The position numbers and the translations under genes were made by a program. Shown here piece after piece: positions 28,936 to 38,686 of a stretch of 64,000 nucleotides of DNA. The notes under the pieces were generated by a model that ran no database searches, was not told the DNA's origin, and was given only the letters and a program-made list of their open reading frames with translations. Source of the stretch: Candidatus Cloacimonadales bacterium (GTDB taxonomy: Bacteria; Cloacimonadota; Cloacimonadia; Cloacimonadales; JAIOQZ01); contig OY771587.1 in assembly GCA_963674825.1 (NCBI GenBank), positions 3,520,001 through 3,584,000 of the forward strand, in the 5' to 3' direction. Numbering within the stretch: the stretch's first letter is position 1; every line of letters starts with the position of its first letter.

Positions 28936-29741
28936 GATTCGTCTGCGTCTTTGCCGCCCTTCTTGCGGTCGATGTTAAAGATCCCGAGCACAACACCGAT
29001 CGGCATTCCACCGGCGTCGCGAACGATGCTGCTCTTGAGTGTTATATGACGCTTGAGGGAAGGGATGAAGTATTGCTGTGGCCCGTGCGCGCTTCGCCCC
29101 TGTAGGATTGGAAGCGTATATTTGACAATACTGTTCTGGACTTCGGGCTGGAAGCTTGAGTCGAAGATATTGAGGTTCTCTGCCAATAGCGGGAAAATAT
29201 CGTTCAGGTTATCGCTGAGAAACTTGATATCACCGTCGATATCGAGGATGATAAAGCCGTTCTCCGCGAGCTTTAAAAGGCTCAGAATGCGATTCATGTG
29301 CTCGATGATCTTCTCTTTCTTGGCCTGATCGAAGTGAATCACCGAGTTTAGCATCTTGCGAACCTGAACGATGAGCTCCATCACGTCTTCATCGTTGCGT
29401 TGCGCCAGTTCCGATTCGTCGATATCGAGGTTGTAGTTGCCGCGTGTGATCTCCTTCAACAGCTTGGTTACATCTGTGAATCCACGATGCAAGAACACCG
29501 GAATATAGAAAAAGAACACGATTGCAATCAGGAAATATAGGAACAGGAAGATCCACAAGATGTTTCCTATATCCTTTTTCATGAGTTGGGCTCGTTCGCG
29601 CAGCATGTTCGTGTCATTAAGCTTTTTCATCGCGTCGGAATGCGTACTCAATGTGAGCCACATGACCATACCCTGCGCCGCAGCGAGCAGCAGAAGCACT
29701 ACGATGAAGTAGCGAATTTTACGGGTGATAAAGTATTTCAT
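28932..29741 (-). CDS. Membrane protein with 2 TM, HAMP-like and PAS-like regions but no output domain
   Basis: 'LLKEITRGNYNLDI...DEDVMEL', 'ENGFIILDIDGDIKFLS...IVRDAGGMPIGVVL'. Confidence 0.55.
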   Translation of the reverse strand: MKYFITRKIRYFIVVLLLLAAAQGMVMWLTLSTHSDAMKKLNDTNMLRERAQLMKKDIGNILWIFLFLYFLIAIVFFFYIPVFLHRGFTDVTKLLKEITRGNYNLDIDESELAQRNDEDVMELIVQVRKMLNSVIHFDQAKKEKIIEHMNRILSLLKLAENGFIILDIDGDIKFLSDNLNDIFPLLAENLNIFDSSFQPEVQNSIVKYTLPILQGRSAHGPQQYFIPSLKRHITLKSSIVRDAGGMPIGVVLGIFNIDRKKGGKDADES

Positions 29742-29768
29742 AACCTTGTTCCTGTTGTAACTCCGTGG

Positions 29769-30467
29769 TTAGTCCTGCATCGTTTCTTTAATAACTTCGT
29801 TGATGCGTGGCTCAGGCCCGAGTAAAACGAGCTGGTCGCCTTCTTTGATCACATCGTTCGCGCCTGGCATGTCGTTAATTCGCTTCTCGAGCTTGTTCTC
29901 GCCATCTTCGGAGACGGTGAGATGATCGTACTTGATGGCGACGATGTGCACACCTTTATTCGCTGGAAGTGCAAGCTCTTGCAGCGTCTTTCCGACATAG
30001 TTCGATGGAACGGAGATTTCCACGATAGAGTGTCCGGTTGCGAGGTTGTAGTAGCGGATTACATTGCGCGAAAGGAGCGACTGTGCCAATTCGAGGCCGA
30101 TCTGCTCTTCCGGGAACACGATGTGCTTCACGCCGATCAGCTCAAGGATACGTGCGTGCAGCTTGCTGTCCACTTTCGCGTGGATGTTGGCCGCCCCCAG
30201 TCGTGTGAGAATCACGCTGGTAAGCACGCTAACTTCGATGTTGTTTCCAATTGCCAAAATTACCGCGTCCATGTCGTCCACGCCAACCTGTTTGAGCGCT
30301 TGTTCGTCGGTACTATCCATGCAGATCGCCGCGGTTACGCTACTCTTTATTTCGTCGATCAGTTTCTGATCAGAGTCGATGACTGTCACTTCCGCACCGT
30401 TCTTGAACAGTGTCGAGGAGACGGTCATACCGAATTTTCCCATTCCAATTACAAGAAATTTAGCCAT
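29769..30467 (-). CDS. ktrA: TrkA/KtrA potassium uptake RCK subunit
   Basis: 'VIGMGKFG' Rossmann motif and a TrkA_C domain. Confidence 0.9.
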   Translation of the reverse strand: MAKFLVIGMGKFGMTVSSTLFKNGAEVTVIDSDQKLIDEIKSSVTAAICMDSTDEQALKQVGVDDMDAVILAIGNNIEVSVLTSVILTRLGAANIHAKVDSKLHARILELIGVKHIVFPEEQIGLELAQSLLSRNVIRYYNLATGHSIVEISVPSNYVGKTLQELALPANKGVHIVAIKYDHLTVSEDGENKLEKRINDMPGANDVIKEGDQLVLLGPEPRINEVIKETMQD

Positions 30468-30494
30468 AACGATACCTCGTTATTTAATCCGTTT

Positions 30495-32414
30495 TTATCC
30501 TATAGAAATTTTTTCGACTGTATATGCAAGCGTTTTTTTCGTCTTGGACTGTGTCAGGGCAAAGATCAACGTCAGCGGCCCCACCCTGCCAAGGTACATC
30601 AGAAGGATGATGATGATCTTACCGCCAAGTGTCAGATCGGCCGTGATACCCATGGAAAGCCCGACGGTTCCGAATGCGGAAAATGCCTCGAAGATGATCT
30701 TGCGGAACGATTTCTTCTCAGCCCACTCATATTCGGTCTCCACTTTCTCACCATGCACTACATGCTGAGGTTTACGTACGATAACCGAATCCGTCACAAC
30801 AGCTTCCTGAAGGCTGTCCTGGGGGGCGATGGCTGTATGCCAGGTTTCGCGCGTTTCGCTGACTACCACCTTTTCCGGTGGCGTGGTCTCGAAGATGAGT
30901 AACAAGTAGATCATAATCGAGAGAAAGCCGATTGAAGTCGCGATCAGCGCCAGCACGCGTTTGAGCATCTCGTCCGAGATACGTCGCTTGAATATGGAAA
31001 CCCCTTCCCCACCTTTGATGATCGCCAGCACGGAAAGCAGAATGATTGCAAATGTGGTTGTTTTCACACCGCCACCGGTCGAGCCGGGAGAAGCGCCGAT
31101 GAACATCAAGAGGTTCGTGATGAAGACAGACGAATTGCTGAGCTCGGCGTTGTCGATGGTGTTAAAACCAGCTGTACGGGTTGTCACCGACTGGAACATC
31201 GAGGCAAGAAGCCGTTCCAGGAAAGAGAAATCGCGCATGGTGTGGTTGTACTCCGAGAGGAAGAAGGCCACGAATCCGATCAGGATCAGCGCAAGTGTCA
31301 TCATCAGAACCAGCTTGGTGTGGAGTGTCAACCGGGTGGGTTTGTACTTCATGAGAACATTGCGTCTAAGATCGACCAGCACGGAAAATCCGATACCACC
31401 GACGATGATGAGAAACATTGTGTTGAGGTTTACGCCGAGTGAGCTTTTGAACTGTACGAGATTATCGCTGAACAAGCTGAATCCTGCGTTACAAAATGCC
31501 GATATCGAGTGGAAAAGCGCATAATATCCCGGTGTATTATGCACCATGGGGTGTCCGCGGAACATGAAGTAATAGATAACAGCACCACCGACTTCGAAGA
31601 ACATGGTCACCAGGAAAATATCTTTGATCAGAGTAAGCATATCGAGCCGGTTCGATTCGCCCATAACGTCCTTCATCATGTTTTCGCTTCGTTGCGTGAG
31701 CTTTTCACCCAGTAAAATCGCGAAGGCGGTCGATATGGTCATGATCCCCAGTCCACCGATCTGGATCAGAATCAGAATGATGATCTGCCCGAACGATGTG
31801 AAATAGGTACCGGTATCCTGTACGATGAGCCCTGTTACGCAGGTCGCGGATGTGGCAGTGAAAAGCGCGTCAATATAAGGCGTATCACTGTGATTGCCCT
31901 CCTGCACTGCCCACGGGAGTGAGAGCAGGAACGATCCGATCATGATCACCACGAAGAAACTCAACAGGAAAAAGATTGGCGGATTTGCTGAAAGTTTGCG
32001 ATAGATCTTCTCGTTATAGCTGATATTAGCAAATGCCCGGACAATCATGTAGGTCTGACGTCCGATCAAATACAGGCTGAAGAACTGATATCCGCGGAAA
32101 TGGGTGGTAATCAATACTGCGACGATCATCAGATCGATCAACATCGACCGGATATACCGTGGAGAAAAATTATGGCCGATCAATCGCATGATCAGGTACC
32201 CAACGAAGTAAAGCATCGCCGAGACGGAGGTGATACGAGAGAAGGCCAGGAAGTTCTGATCGTCGGAATAATGATAGCTCAACAGCAGGATCGCAAGGCT
32301 GATTAACGCAAAGATATGCAACAAGTGATGCATGGAAGACGCGAGCCGGCTGAAGAAGTCCAGGACGGCCCGAACGCCTTCACGCACGGAATGTCTGTTG
32401 TTTTTCTGACTCAT
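30495..32414 (-). CDS. ktrB: TrkH/KtrB potassium transporter
   Basis: Pore loops 'SATCVTGL', 'SAFCNAGF', 'TTRTAGF', 'SAFGTVGLS'; 'PGSTGGGVK'. Confidence 0.93.
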   Translation of the reverse strand: MSQKNNRHSVREGVRAVLDFFSRLASSMHHLLHIFALISLAILLLSYHYSDDQNFLAFSRITSVSAMLYFVGYLIMRLIGHNFSPRYIRSMLIDLMIVAVLITTHFRGYQFFSLYLIGRQTYMIVRAFANISYNEKIYRKLSANPPIFFLLSFFVVIMIGSFLLSLPWAVQEGNHSDTPYIDALFTATSATCVTGLIVQDTGTYFTSFGQIIILILIQIGGLGIMTISTAFAILLGEKLTQRSENMMKDVMGESNRLDMLTLIKDIFLVTMFFEVGGAVIYYFMFRGHPMVHNTPGYYALFHSISAFCNAGFSLFSDNLVQFKSSLGVNLNTMFLIIVGGIGFSVLVDLRRNVLMKYKPTRLTLHTKLVLMMTLALILIGFVAFFLSEYNHTMRDFSFLERLLASMFQSVTTRTAGFNTIDNAELSNSSVFITNLLMFIGASPGSTGGGVKTTTFAIILLSVLAIIKGGEGVSIFKRRISDEMLKRVLALIATSIGFLSIMIYLLLIFETTPPEKVVVSETRETWHTAIAPQDSLQEAVVTDSVIVRKPQHVVHGEKVETEYEWAEKKSFRKIIFEAFSAFGTVGLSMGITADLTLGGKIIIILLMYLGRVGPLTLIFALTQSKTKKTLAYTVEKISIG

Positions 32415-33058
32415 TAAGAAAGACTGATGTGTCGTTCATTGAGGACGCGCACCACCTCGCGGTGGATCACATCCGGTTTCTGATCGGCATCGATAACCCG
32501 CAGCTTGCCTTGTTTGCGGAAATATTCGATCGCCTGATCGGTTTGGTTATGAAAATCCTGGATGCGCTTTGCGATCGCTTCTTCGTTGTCGTCGCTACGC
32601 ATCACGAGCTTACCGCCGCAATGATCGCATATGCCTTCGACCTTTGGTTGCCTGAAAAGCACGTTGAAGTCGGCATGACAATTCGTGCATATTCTTCTCG
32701 CCAGCAGGCGTTCCATCGATTTCTCGTCGGAGAGCAGAAAAAGAATCGCCAAATCGATGGGATAATGTTTATTGAGATATTCTGCCTGCGCAATGTTGCG
32801 CGGGAAGCCGTCCAGCACGAAGCCTTTTGGACAGGTCTCCATTTTTTTATCGATCACATTGAACACTATTTCATCGGGTACCAGCAGTCCGTTTTCAATG
32901 AAATAACGAACCTTTTCGCCAGTCTCGGTGCTATGCTTGATATGCCAGCGAAATTCGTCTCCAATGTTGATATGAAAGAGCTCGAAACGCTCCTGCATAA
33001 GTTCTGCCTGAGTACCTTTACCGCTGCCCTGGATTCCCATGAATACCAGATCGACCAT
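32414..33058 (-). CDS. adk: Adenylate kinase with a Zn-type LID
   Basis: 'GIQGSGKGTQA', 'LDGFPR', CTNC...CDHC; GGAGG RBS before ATG 33058. Confidence 0.93.
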   Translation of the reverse strand: MVDLVFMGIQGSGKGTQAELMQERFELFHINIGDEFRWHIKHSTETGEKVRYFIENGLLVPDEIVFNVIDKKMETCPKGFVLDGFPRNIAQAEYLNKHYPIDLAILFLLSDEKSMERLLARRICTNCHADFNVLFRQPKVEGICDHCGGKLVMRSDDNEEAIAKRIQDFHNQTDQAIEYFRKQGKLRVIDADQKPDVIHREVVRVLNERHISLS

Positions 33059-33306
33059 GGTTCCTCCCTTGTAGAATTCATATGAACTCACGTAAAACGA
33101 TAATTTCCACTATATAGCATTAATCGTCAAGTTTTCTGATTAAATATGAATGACAGGCGCGTTGCGTTATGCCAGAAACTCGAATGCACTTACTCGAAAA
33201 TCTAGCTATAGCAAGCGATAAAATGAATCGTTAACCGTCCCTTTATACAGCTCTTAACAATTCTGTGTAATGAGTCATAAAATAAAGATTGTGAGAGGAT
33301 GCTCTT

Positions 33307-35658
33307 ATGGCGAAGGTAGATATGCATGTTCACAGTAAGTATTCCGAACATCCTTCGGAATGGTTTCTACAGCGGCTCGGAGCTGCGGAGTCATACACGG
33401 ATCCGCAAGTTCTTTATCAGAATATGAAGAAACGCGGAATGGATTATATAACCGTTACAGACCACAACCGCATCGACGGTGCCTTGCTCTTGAAAGAAGC
33501 CTATCCAAACGAAGTAATCGTCGGCATTGAAGCTACTACCTATTTTCCGGAAGACGGCTGTAAAATTCACGTCCTTATTTACGGGCTTAACCAGGAGCAT
33601 TTCGAGAATATCCAGATACAACGTGTGAATATCTACAAGCTTCAGAAATATCTGGTTGAAGAAAATCTTGTTCACGCTGTGGCGCATCCCACCTACAACA
33701 TCAACGGCAAGCTGACAGTGGAGCACCTCGAAAAGCTCATATTGCTTTTCAATGTGTTCGAAGGGATCAACGGTGGTCGAAATGAATTGCATAACGACGC
33801 CTGGATGAACACCGTTCGTCACCTTACACCGTCGCATATCGAAAAGCTCTCCGAGAAGCACAATATCCAGGCCACAGGAGATAAACCATGGATCAAGGGC
33901 CTTATCGCAGGCTCTGACGACCACGCAGCCCTCTTTATGGGACAGACTTTCACCACCGCGACCGCGAAAAAACCTGAAGAATTTCTCGATGAGGTCAGAA
34001 ACCGGCGTTCGCAGGCTAATGGACGCAGCAACAACTTCCAGGCGTTCATCTTCACCCTCTACAAGATCGCCTGGGAATTCTATCGCTCCCGCAGTGGGGA
34101 ACTCTCTCGCAGCTTGATCGACCGTATTGGCGCAAGTCTGTTCGAAAATCGTTCGCTAGGTATCCTGGAACGTTGGAAATTGCGTCGCATCAAAACGGAA
34201 GTATACACATCGAACATCGAGTTCCAAAATAAGCTCCATGACATGGTAGAGTTGCTCAATAACCCAAAATCGGAAGACATCGAAGAAAAGCTTCACCTTC
34301 TTTACAACAAGCTTGCCGACATCGTAGATTCTTTCTTCTCTATCCTCTTCTATTCGTTCGAAAAAGATGTACGAAATGGTAACCTGCTCAAGATCGTTCG
34401 GAATATCTCATCTGCGATACCAGGCGTTTTTATGACATTACCGTTCTTCAGCAGCATCTGGCATCTCTACAAAGGACGTGACATGCTGATCGATTTGCAA
34501 TCACGCTTCGATTGCACGCCTTACACATCCGGCAAGCGCATTCTGTGGTTCACCGATACACTCGACGACCTCAACGGCGTCGCCATGACACTCAACAAGG
34601 TGTTGGAAATCTCGCGCAAAAAAAACTACCCTGTTACGGTTGTCAGTTCGCAGGTGAGTCGTGATGACGAGGATCATTACATTAACCTGCCGCAGGTTTA
34701 TAGCTTCGATCTGCCCTATTACGAGTCCTACCACATCTGCATTCCGTCATTCTTAAGGGCAATCGACCTTATTTACAATTACCGCCCGGACAAGATCATT
34801 ATCAGCACGCCGGGGCCAGTCGGGTTGATCGGGTTTGCTGTCGCCAAGATGATGCAAGTTGAGTGCGTGGGCGTCTATCACACCGATTTCACCGCGCAGG
34901 TCTCTGCGATCCAGGAAGACGAAGGCTTGGGCGGATTGATCGAGGAACTGTCGCACAGATTCTATCAGATGATGGACGAAGTGCGCGTTCCCACCAATGC
35001 ATATATCAACCTCCTTTCCGAGCGTGGAATCGAGCGAAACAAGATGAAATTTTTCCCGCGCGGACTGGAGACAGAGCTTTTCTCGCCGCGCAAACACTCG
35101 CGAACCTGGCTCCAGCACGAATACAAGCTCCAGGAAGGCTTTTACATGCTCTACACGGGACGTATCTCGCGTGATAAAGACCTCGACGTGATTCTCTACA
35201 CCTTCCATGTCCTTGAAAAGAAATACCCCAATATTTACCTCCTGATGGCTGGCGAAGGGCCGCACCGCAAGGAGTTCATGTCGCACTACAACAGCGATCG
35301 CATCGTATGGCTGGGACGCATGAACCGCGAGACGCTCCCCGACTTCTACTCAGGCTGCGACCTCATGCTCTTCCCAAGCACCACCGATACCTTCGGGATG
35401 TCTGTCCTTGAAGCACAGTCTTGCGGACTTCCTGCGCTGGTAAGCAGCCAGGGAGGTCCCAGGGAGATTATAATCGATGGCGAAAGCGGTTATGTGATGC
35501 CAGATACCTTCCCTGAAACGTGGAAAGCGAAAATTGAAGAGCTGATTAACATGAAAAAAGGAACCCCGGAACAACTGGATGACATGCGTAAAGTATCCCG
35601 TGAGAACGCAATCAATAAAGCAAGTTGGGAACGCTTTTTCGAAAGCTTTGTGGAGTAA
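33307..35658 (+). CDS. PHP-domain / GT4 glycosyltransferase fusion
   Basis: 'DMHVHS', 'TDHN', 'AHP', 'GSDDH', then 'TDTLDDLNGVA', 'YHTDF', 'FPSTTDTFGMSVLEAQSCGLP'. Confidence 0.88.
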   Translation: MAKVDMHVHSKYSEHPSEWFLQRLGAAESYTDPQVLYQNMKKRGMDYITVTDHNRIDGALLLKEAYPNEVIVGIEATTYFPEDGCKIHVLIYGLNQEHFENIQIQRVNIYKLQKYLVEENLVHAVAHPTYNINGKLTVEHLEKLILLFNVFEGINGGRNELHNDAWMNTVRHLTPSHIEKLSEKHNIQATGDKPWIKGLIAGSDDHAALFMGQTFTTATAKKPEEFLDEVRNRRSQANGRSNNFQAFIFTLYKIAWEFYRSRSGELSRSLIDRIGASLFENRSLGILERWKLRRIKTEVYTSNIEFQNKLHDMVELLNNPKSEDIEEKLHLLYNKLADIVDSFFSILFYSFEKDVRNGNLLKIVRNISSAIPGVFMTLPFFSSIWHLYKGRDMLIDLQSRFDCTPYTSGKRILWFTDTLDDLNGVAMTLNKVLEISRKKNYPVTVVSSQVSRDDEDHYINLPQVYSFDLPYYESYHICIPSFLRAIDLIYNYRPDKIIISTPGPVGLIGFAVAKMMQVECVGVYHTDFTAQVSAIQEDEGLGGLIEELSHRFYQMMDEVRVPTNAYINLLSERGIERNKMKFFPRGLETELFSPRKHSRTWLQHEYKLQEGFYMLYTGRISRDKDLDVILYTFHVLEKKYPNIYLLMAGEGPHRKEFMSHYNSDRIVWLGRMNRETLPDFYSGCDLMLFPSTTDTFGMSVLEAQSCGLPALVSSQGGPREIIIDGESGYVMPDTFPETWKAKIEELINMKKGTPEQLDDMRKVSRENAINKASWERFFESFVE

Positions 35659-35706
35659 TTCAAACCTAAAATACTGCTGATGGGCAGGAACAGAGACCTT
35701 ATTCAG

Positions 35707-35745
35707 TGTCATGCTGCGTTGTGAGTTCTGCGAAGCAGCATGACA
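35707..35745. other. Intergenic hairpin with an 11-bp perfect inverted repeat
   Basis: tgtcatgctgc...gcagcatgaca; possible terminator between convergent transcripts. Confidence 0.5.
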
Positions 35746-35848
35746 TCAACATCGGCAAGGTTCCACTTATGCAGGACGCATATCTGTCCAAACAACCGGA
35801 GCCAAATCTACTAAACCAACTAATGCGCCCTTTACACCCGGTATGGAT

Positions 35849-36202
35849 CTACTCATGCTTTCTTTCAGGATCAATGATATGTCTGATCATCGGGTACTTA
35901 TCAGTGGGAGGAGACCCTTTTCCCTTGTCAGTCTTTATGTACAATTTGTACCATGATTTGCTTTCTATTATTGTGCTGTAGATTTTATCTGTAAAAATTT
36001 CATCACTTTTTGTATTTGTGTTGACTTGACAGCTCTCTCATACAGGAAGAGCTTCACGAGACATGGCTATGCGATGTTTGCTCTGCATTTGCTGCTCATA
36101 ATAATCTGCTGGTATTACCGTGCAAAGAAGTGTACTGCCGGAAAACAAGCATACTGGAAGAATTGCTATCGTGACAATCGGTATTTTGCTGGTATTTTTC
36201 AT
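35849..36202 (-). pseudogene. 117-codon reading frame interrupted by one in-frame TGA (pseudogene or readthrough gene)
   Basis: GGAGG RBS, ATG at 36202, signal-peptide-like N-terminus, TGA at 36040-36038, then 62 sense codons to TAG at 35851-35849; TTGACA on the minus strand at 36325-36320. Confidence 0.45.
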
Positions 36203-36415
36203 TGTATCCTCCATATCTTGAAGTAGATGTAATGCTCATTTAGTATGCTTCTACTCCGCAAGGCATCCTCCCTGCAATTGAAATCCATTTGTGCAGAATA
36301 TTAATGTTCTTTCAAGGTGTGTCAAGATCGTAATCAGATTTCGCCCAGGTCCAATTTCCCTTGACACCTCGGGCCTTCATAAAAAACATTAGAAAAAAAT
36401 ACCCTTGGAGGATCC

Positions 36416-37714
36416 ATGAACACTTTGTTTCGCATCATCGCGGTTATGGCGGCACTGAGTCTGCTGTTCGCTTGTTCCAATACATCCACCAACTTCGATC
36501 AGGACAACGACAATAACGGTCGGGTCGTCGGAAGCATTCACGGAGTTGTCTCGGATACCAATACCGGCGCAAGACTCAAAGACATCACCATCACCTACGC
36601 CGTGAAAGGCAAGATTTACACCACCAAGACCAACGACCTCGGCTATTACGCCGTCAATAGTCTCCCGTCGGGCTCCTATGAGCTTACCTTCTCAGGAAAC
36701 AGTGCTTATGCAATCAGCAGATCGTTCATCGTTATCCCGGATCTCGAAGACATCGGCATCTCGGATATCCCCACCAACGACGATTTCGAATACTCCGTAA
36801 CGCAGGATCGCGGCCTTTATACGCTGGATGCTACCGTTAACGGCACAATCATGGCGTTTGTTAACGGCCAGGAGATTTCAGACCTTACCGGTATACGCGT
36901 GATTGCCGACTACGGAATATACAGCTTCGCTCCGGACATCTACACCACCTACACGGATAGCGACGGTGTGTTTGCCTTTGCAGGCCTTCCGTCCACCGGC
37001 GAATTTTCGCTGCAGATCGATTCCTGGACTGATGGAACCCATACATTCGCTGCGCAGGATATTACCGTATATCCGGTTGTTTCAGGCGTTCTCAACCTCG
37101 AACCCATCTATCTGGATGTGGTCGCGGAAGAGGTTAACGTTGTCTCCAGCAACCTGTATGAATTCCCTATCACCGGCACCATCGAGATTACCTTCAATCA
37201 GTCGATTGCCCCGGATTACTTCGATGTTGAACTGGTAAACCAATCTGGCGGAATCGTAGATATCAGCTCTATCGAATGGACCTCTTCGACCCACGTGACT
37301 ATCGATCCTGACGAAGCGCTGCTTCTCGACCATACTTACGATCTCAACATCGATGGCATGACCGTCAACGCGAACGATTTCGTGTGGAATACTCAGTTCA
37401 TTACACAGCCGGGAATCATGATCGAAAGTACCAACATGGAGCTCTACGATGGTTATTACCAGATCACACCGAACAAAAGTATCGTGATTAACTTCACAGA
37501 GCAGGTGCTTCTCGGCTCGGCAAACAATGTGCTGGATATCACCGATTACCCCAACCCGATTATGAGCTGGTCGAACAACAACAAGACTCTGACCGTCACG
37601 CCACCGGACGATGGATATCAGACGAGTACCATCACTGTCGATATGGAATTCTTCTCGGTACTGGCTCCGTATGACTCGGTCGCCATGATCTACATGGTAG
37701 ACATCGCCGAATAA
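36416..37714 (+). CDS. Lipoprotein with carboxypeptidase-regulatory-like and Ig-like domains
   Basis: Lipobox 'LFAC', 'IHGVVSDTNTG', 'LPSGSYELTFS', 'IEITFNQSI', 'IVINFTEQV'. Confidence 0.7.
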   Translation: MNTLFRIIAVMAALSLLFACSNTSTNFDQDNDNNGRVVGSIHGVVSDTNTGARLKDITITYAVKGKIYTTKTNDLGYYAVNSLPSGSYELTFSGNSAYAISRSFIVIPDLEDIGISDIPTNDDFEYSVTQDRGLYTLDATVNGTIMAFVNGQEISDLTGIRVIADYGIYSFAPDIYTTYTDSDGVFAFAGLPSTGEFSLQIDSWTDGTHTFAAQDITVYPVVSGVLNLEPIYLDVVAEEVNVVSSNLYEFPITGTIEITFNQSIAPDYFDVELVNQSGGIVDISSIEWTSSTHVTIDPDEALLLDHTYDLNIDGMTVNANDFVWNTQFITQPGIMIESTNMELYDGYYQITPNKSIVINFTEQVLLGSANNVLDITDYPNPIMSWSNNNKTLTVTPPDDGYQTSTITVDMEFFSVLAPYDSVAMIYMVDIAE

Positions 37715-37728
37715 AAGCCCTTTTCACT

Positions 37729-37759
37729 AAACCGCTCCTCACCCGGGGAGCGGTTTTCT
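37729..37759 (+). terminator. Intrinsic terminator
   Basis: aaaccgctcctc-accc-ggggagcggttt followed by further T residues. Confidence 0.75.
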
Positions 37760-37783
37760 ATTACTCCGGTTATTATCTTTTCA

Positions 37784-37813
37784 TTGACAAATCGAAAGCG
37801 ATTCCAATAAAAT
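37784..37813 (+). promoter_or_regulatory. Sigma70-type promoter
   Basis: TTGACA-N18-TAAAAT upstream of the GGAGG RBS of the 37843 gene. Confidence 0.55.
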
Positions 37814-37842
37814 CCAATCCATGAAGTAATCTGGAGGAATGC

Positions 37843-38352
37843 ATGAAGAGGCACAAAGCCATCCTGTTTCTTATCGTATTGGGAACGTTGATATTCGGTT
37901 CACTCAACGCCATAAACAAAATCGAGAAGGTGTCTGTTACCGAAAATTATTTCGCGGTTCAGGAGGACGATGTTGTCTCAATCTACAGCATGAATTGCCA
38001 GATTCTTGGATCGAAGGACTTCTTCCTTGTCGAGCAGTTCTGGTATGAAAAATACTACATTGTGACTCTCAAGGATCACCAGCTCATTTTTTACAACACA
38101 CAGCTCAGCGAACTGGGTAAGCTCGATGTCTTCAACGCTGATGAATACTGGTTTCGTGACCAGTATATCGTGATTAAAACCGGCGATAATCTAACTACGT
38201 ACGACCTGAACCTCAATCGGCTCGGGTCGCGAAGCGCGTTTTTCGCCGATAACATCTACATGTATCCGGATCGCATCGTGATGCAGACCGCCGACCGCTA
38301 TACCGTTTACGACCTGACATTCAGGGAAATCTGCTCCAAAGAATTCTTCTGA
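37843..38352 (+). CDS. Secreted protein with four ~36-aa beta-rich repeats
   Basis: Signal peptide; repeated 'YI(V)......(L/Y)..Y(D/N)..L..LG(S/K)...F' units. Confidence 0.7.
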   Translation: MKRHKAILFLIVLGTLIFGSLNAINKIEKVSVTENYFAVQEDDVVSIYSMNCQILGSKDFFLVEQFWYEKYYIVTLKDHQLIFYNTQLSELGKLDVFNADEYWFRDQYIVIKTGDNLTTYDLNLNRLGSRSAFFADNIYMYPDRIVMQTADRYTVYDLTFREICSKEFF

Positions 38353-38368
38353 TCGCAAGGAGGCGAGA

Positions 38369-38686
38369 ATGCCTGGGGAACTTACTACTATTGAGCAAAA
38401 GATGGTCAAGAAGATCTATAATGGTAAGAAGCTGAGATCCATCTATCTGATCATTTCTGCTTGTTCAATGATTGCAGGTATTTACTTTATCATACGTGCA
38501 GTTAGAATTCTCTATTTTGGCGTGGAAACAACAATGTCTTACGAAACCGTTCGATATTCATTTTCATTGGCCATTTTTTTAGTTGTGATCGCATTTACAC
38601 TTTATGAACGTGCTCAAGAGCTCTTTGTTATGTCATCAATCCTAAAAAAACTAATACCATCTGAAGAGGAGAAAGACAAACCTTGA
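38369..38686 (+). CDS. Hypothetical 2-TM membrane protein
   Basis: AAGGAGG RBS; two hydrophobic helices; AT-rich. Confidence 0.6.
   Translation: MPGELTTIEQKMVKKIYNGKKLRSIYLIISACSMIAGIYFIIRAVRILYFGVETTMSYETVRYSFSLAIFLVVIAFTLYERAQELFVMSSILKKLIPSEEEKDKP

Noticed and set aside
35706..36226. Plus-strand ORFs 35706-35981 and 36026-36226
   Set aside because: No RBS or motifs; the minus-strand frame has better expression signals.
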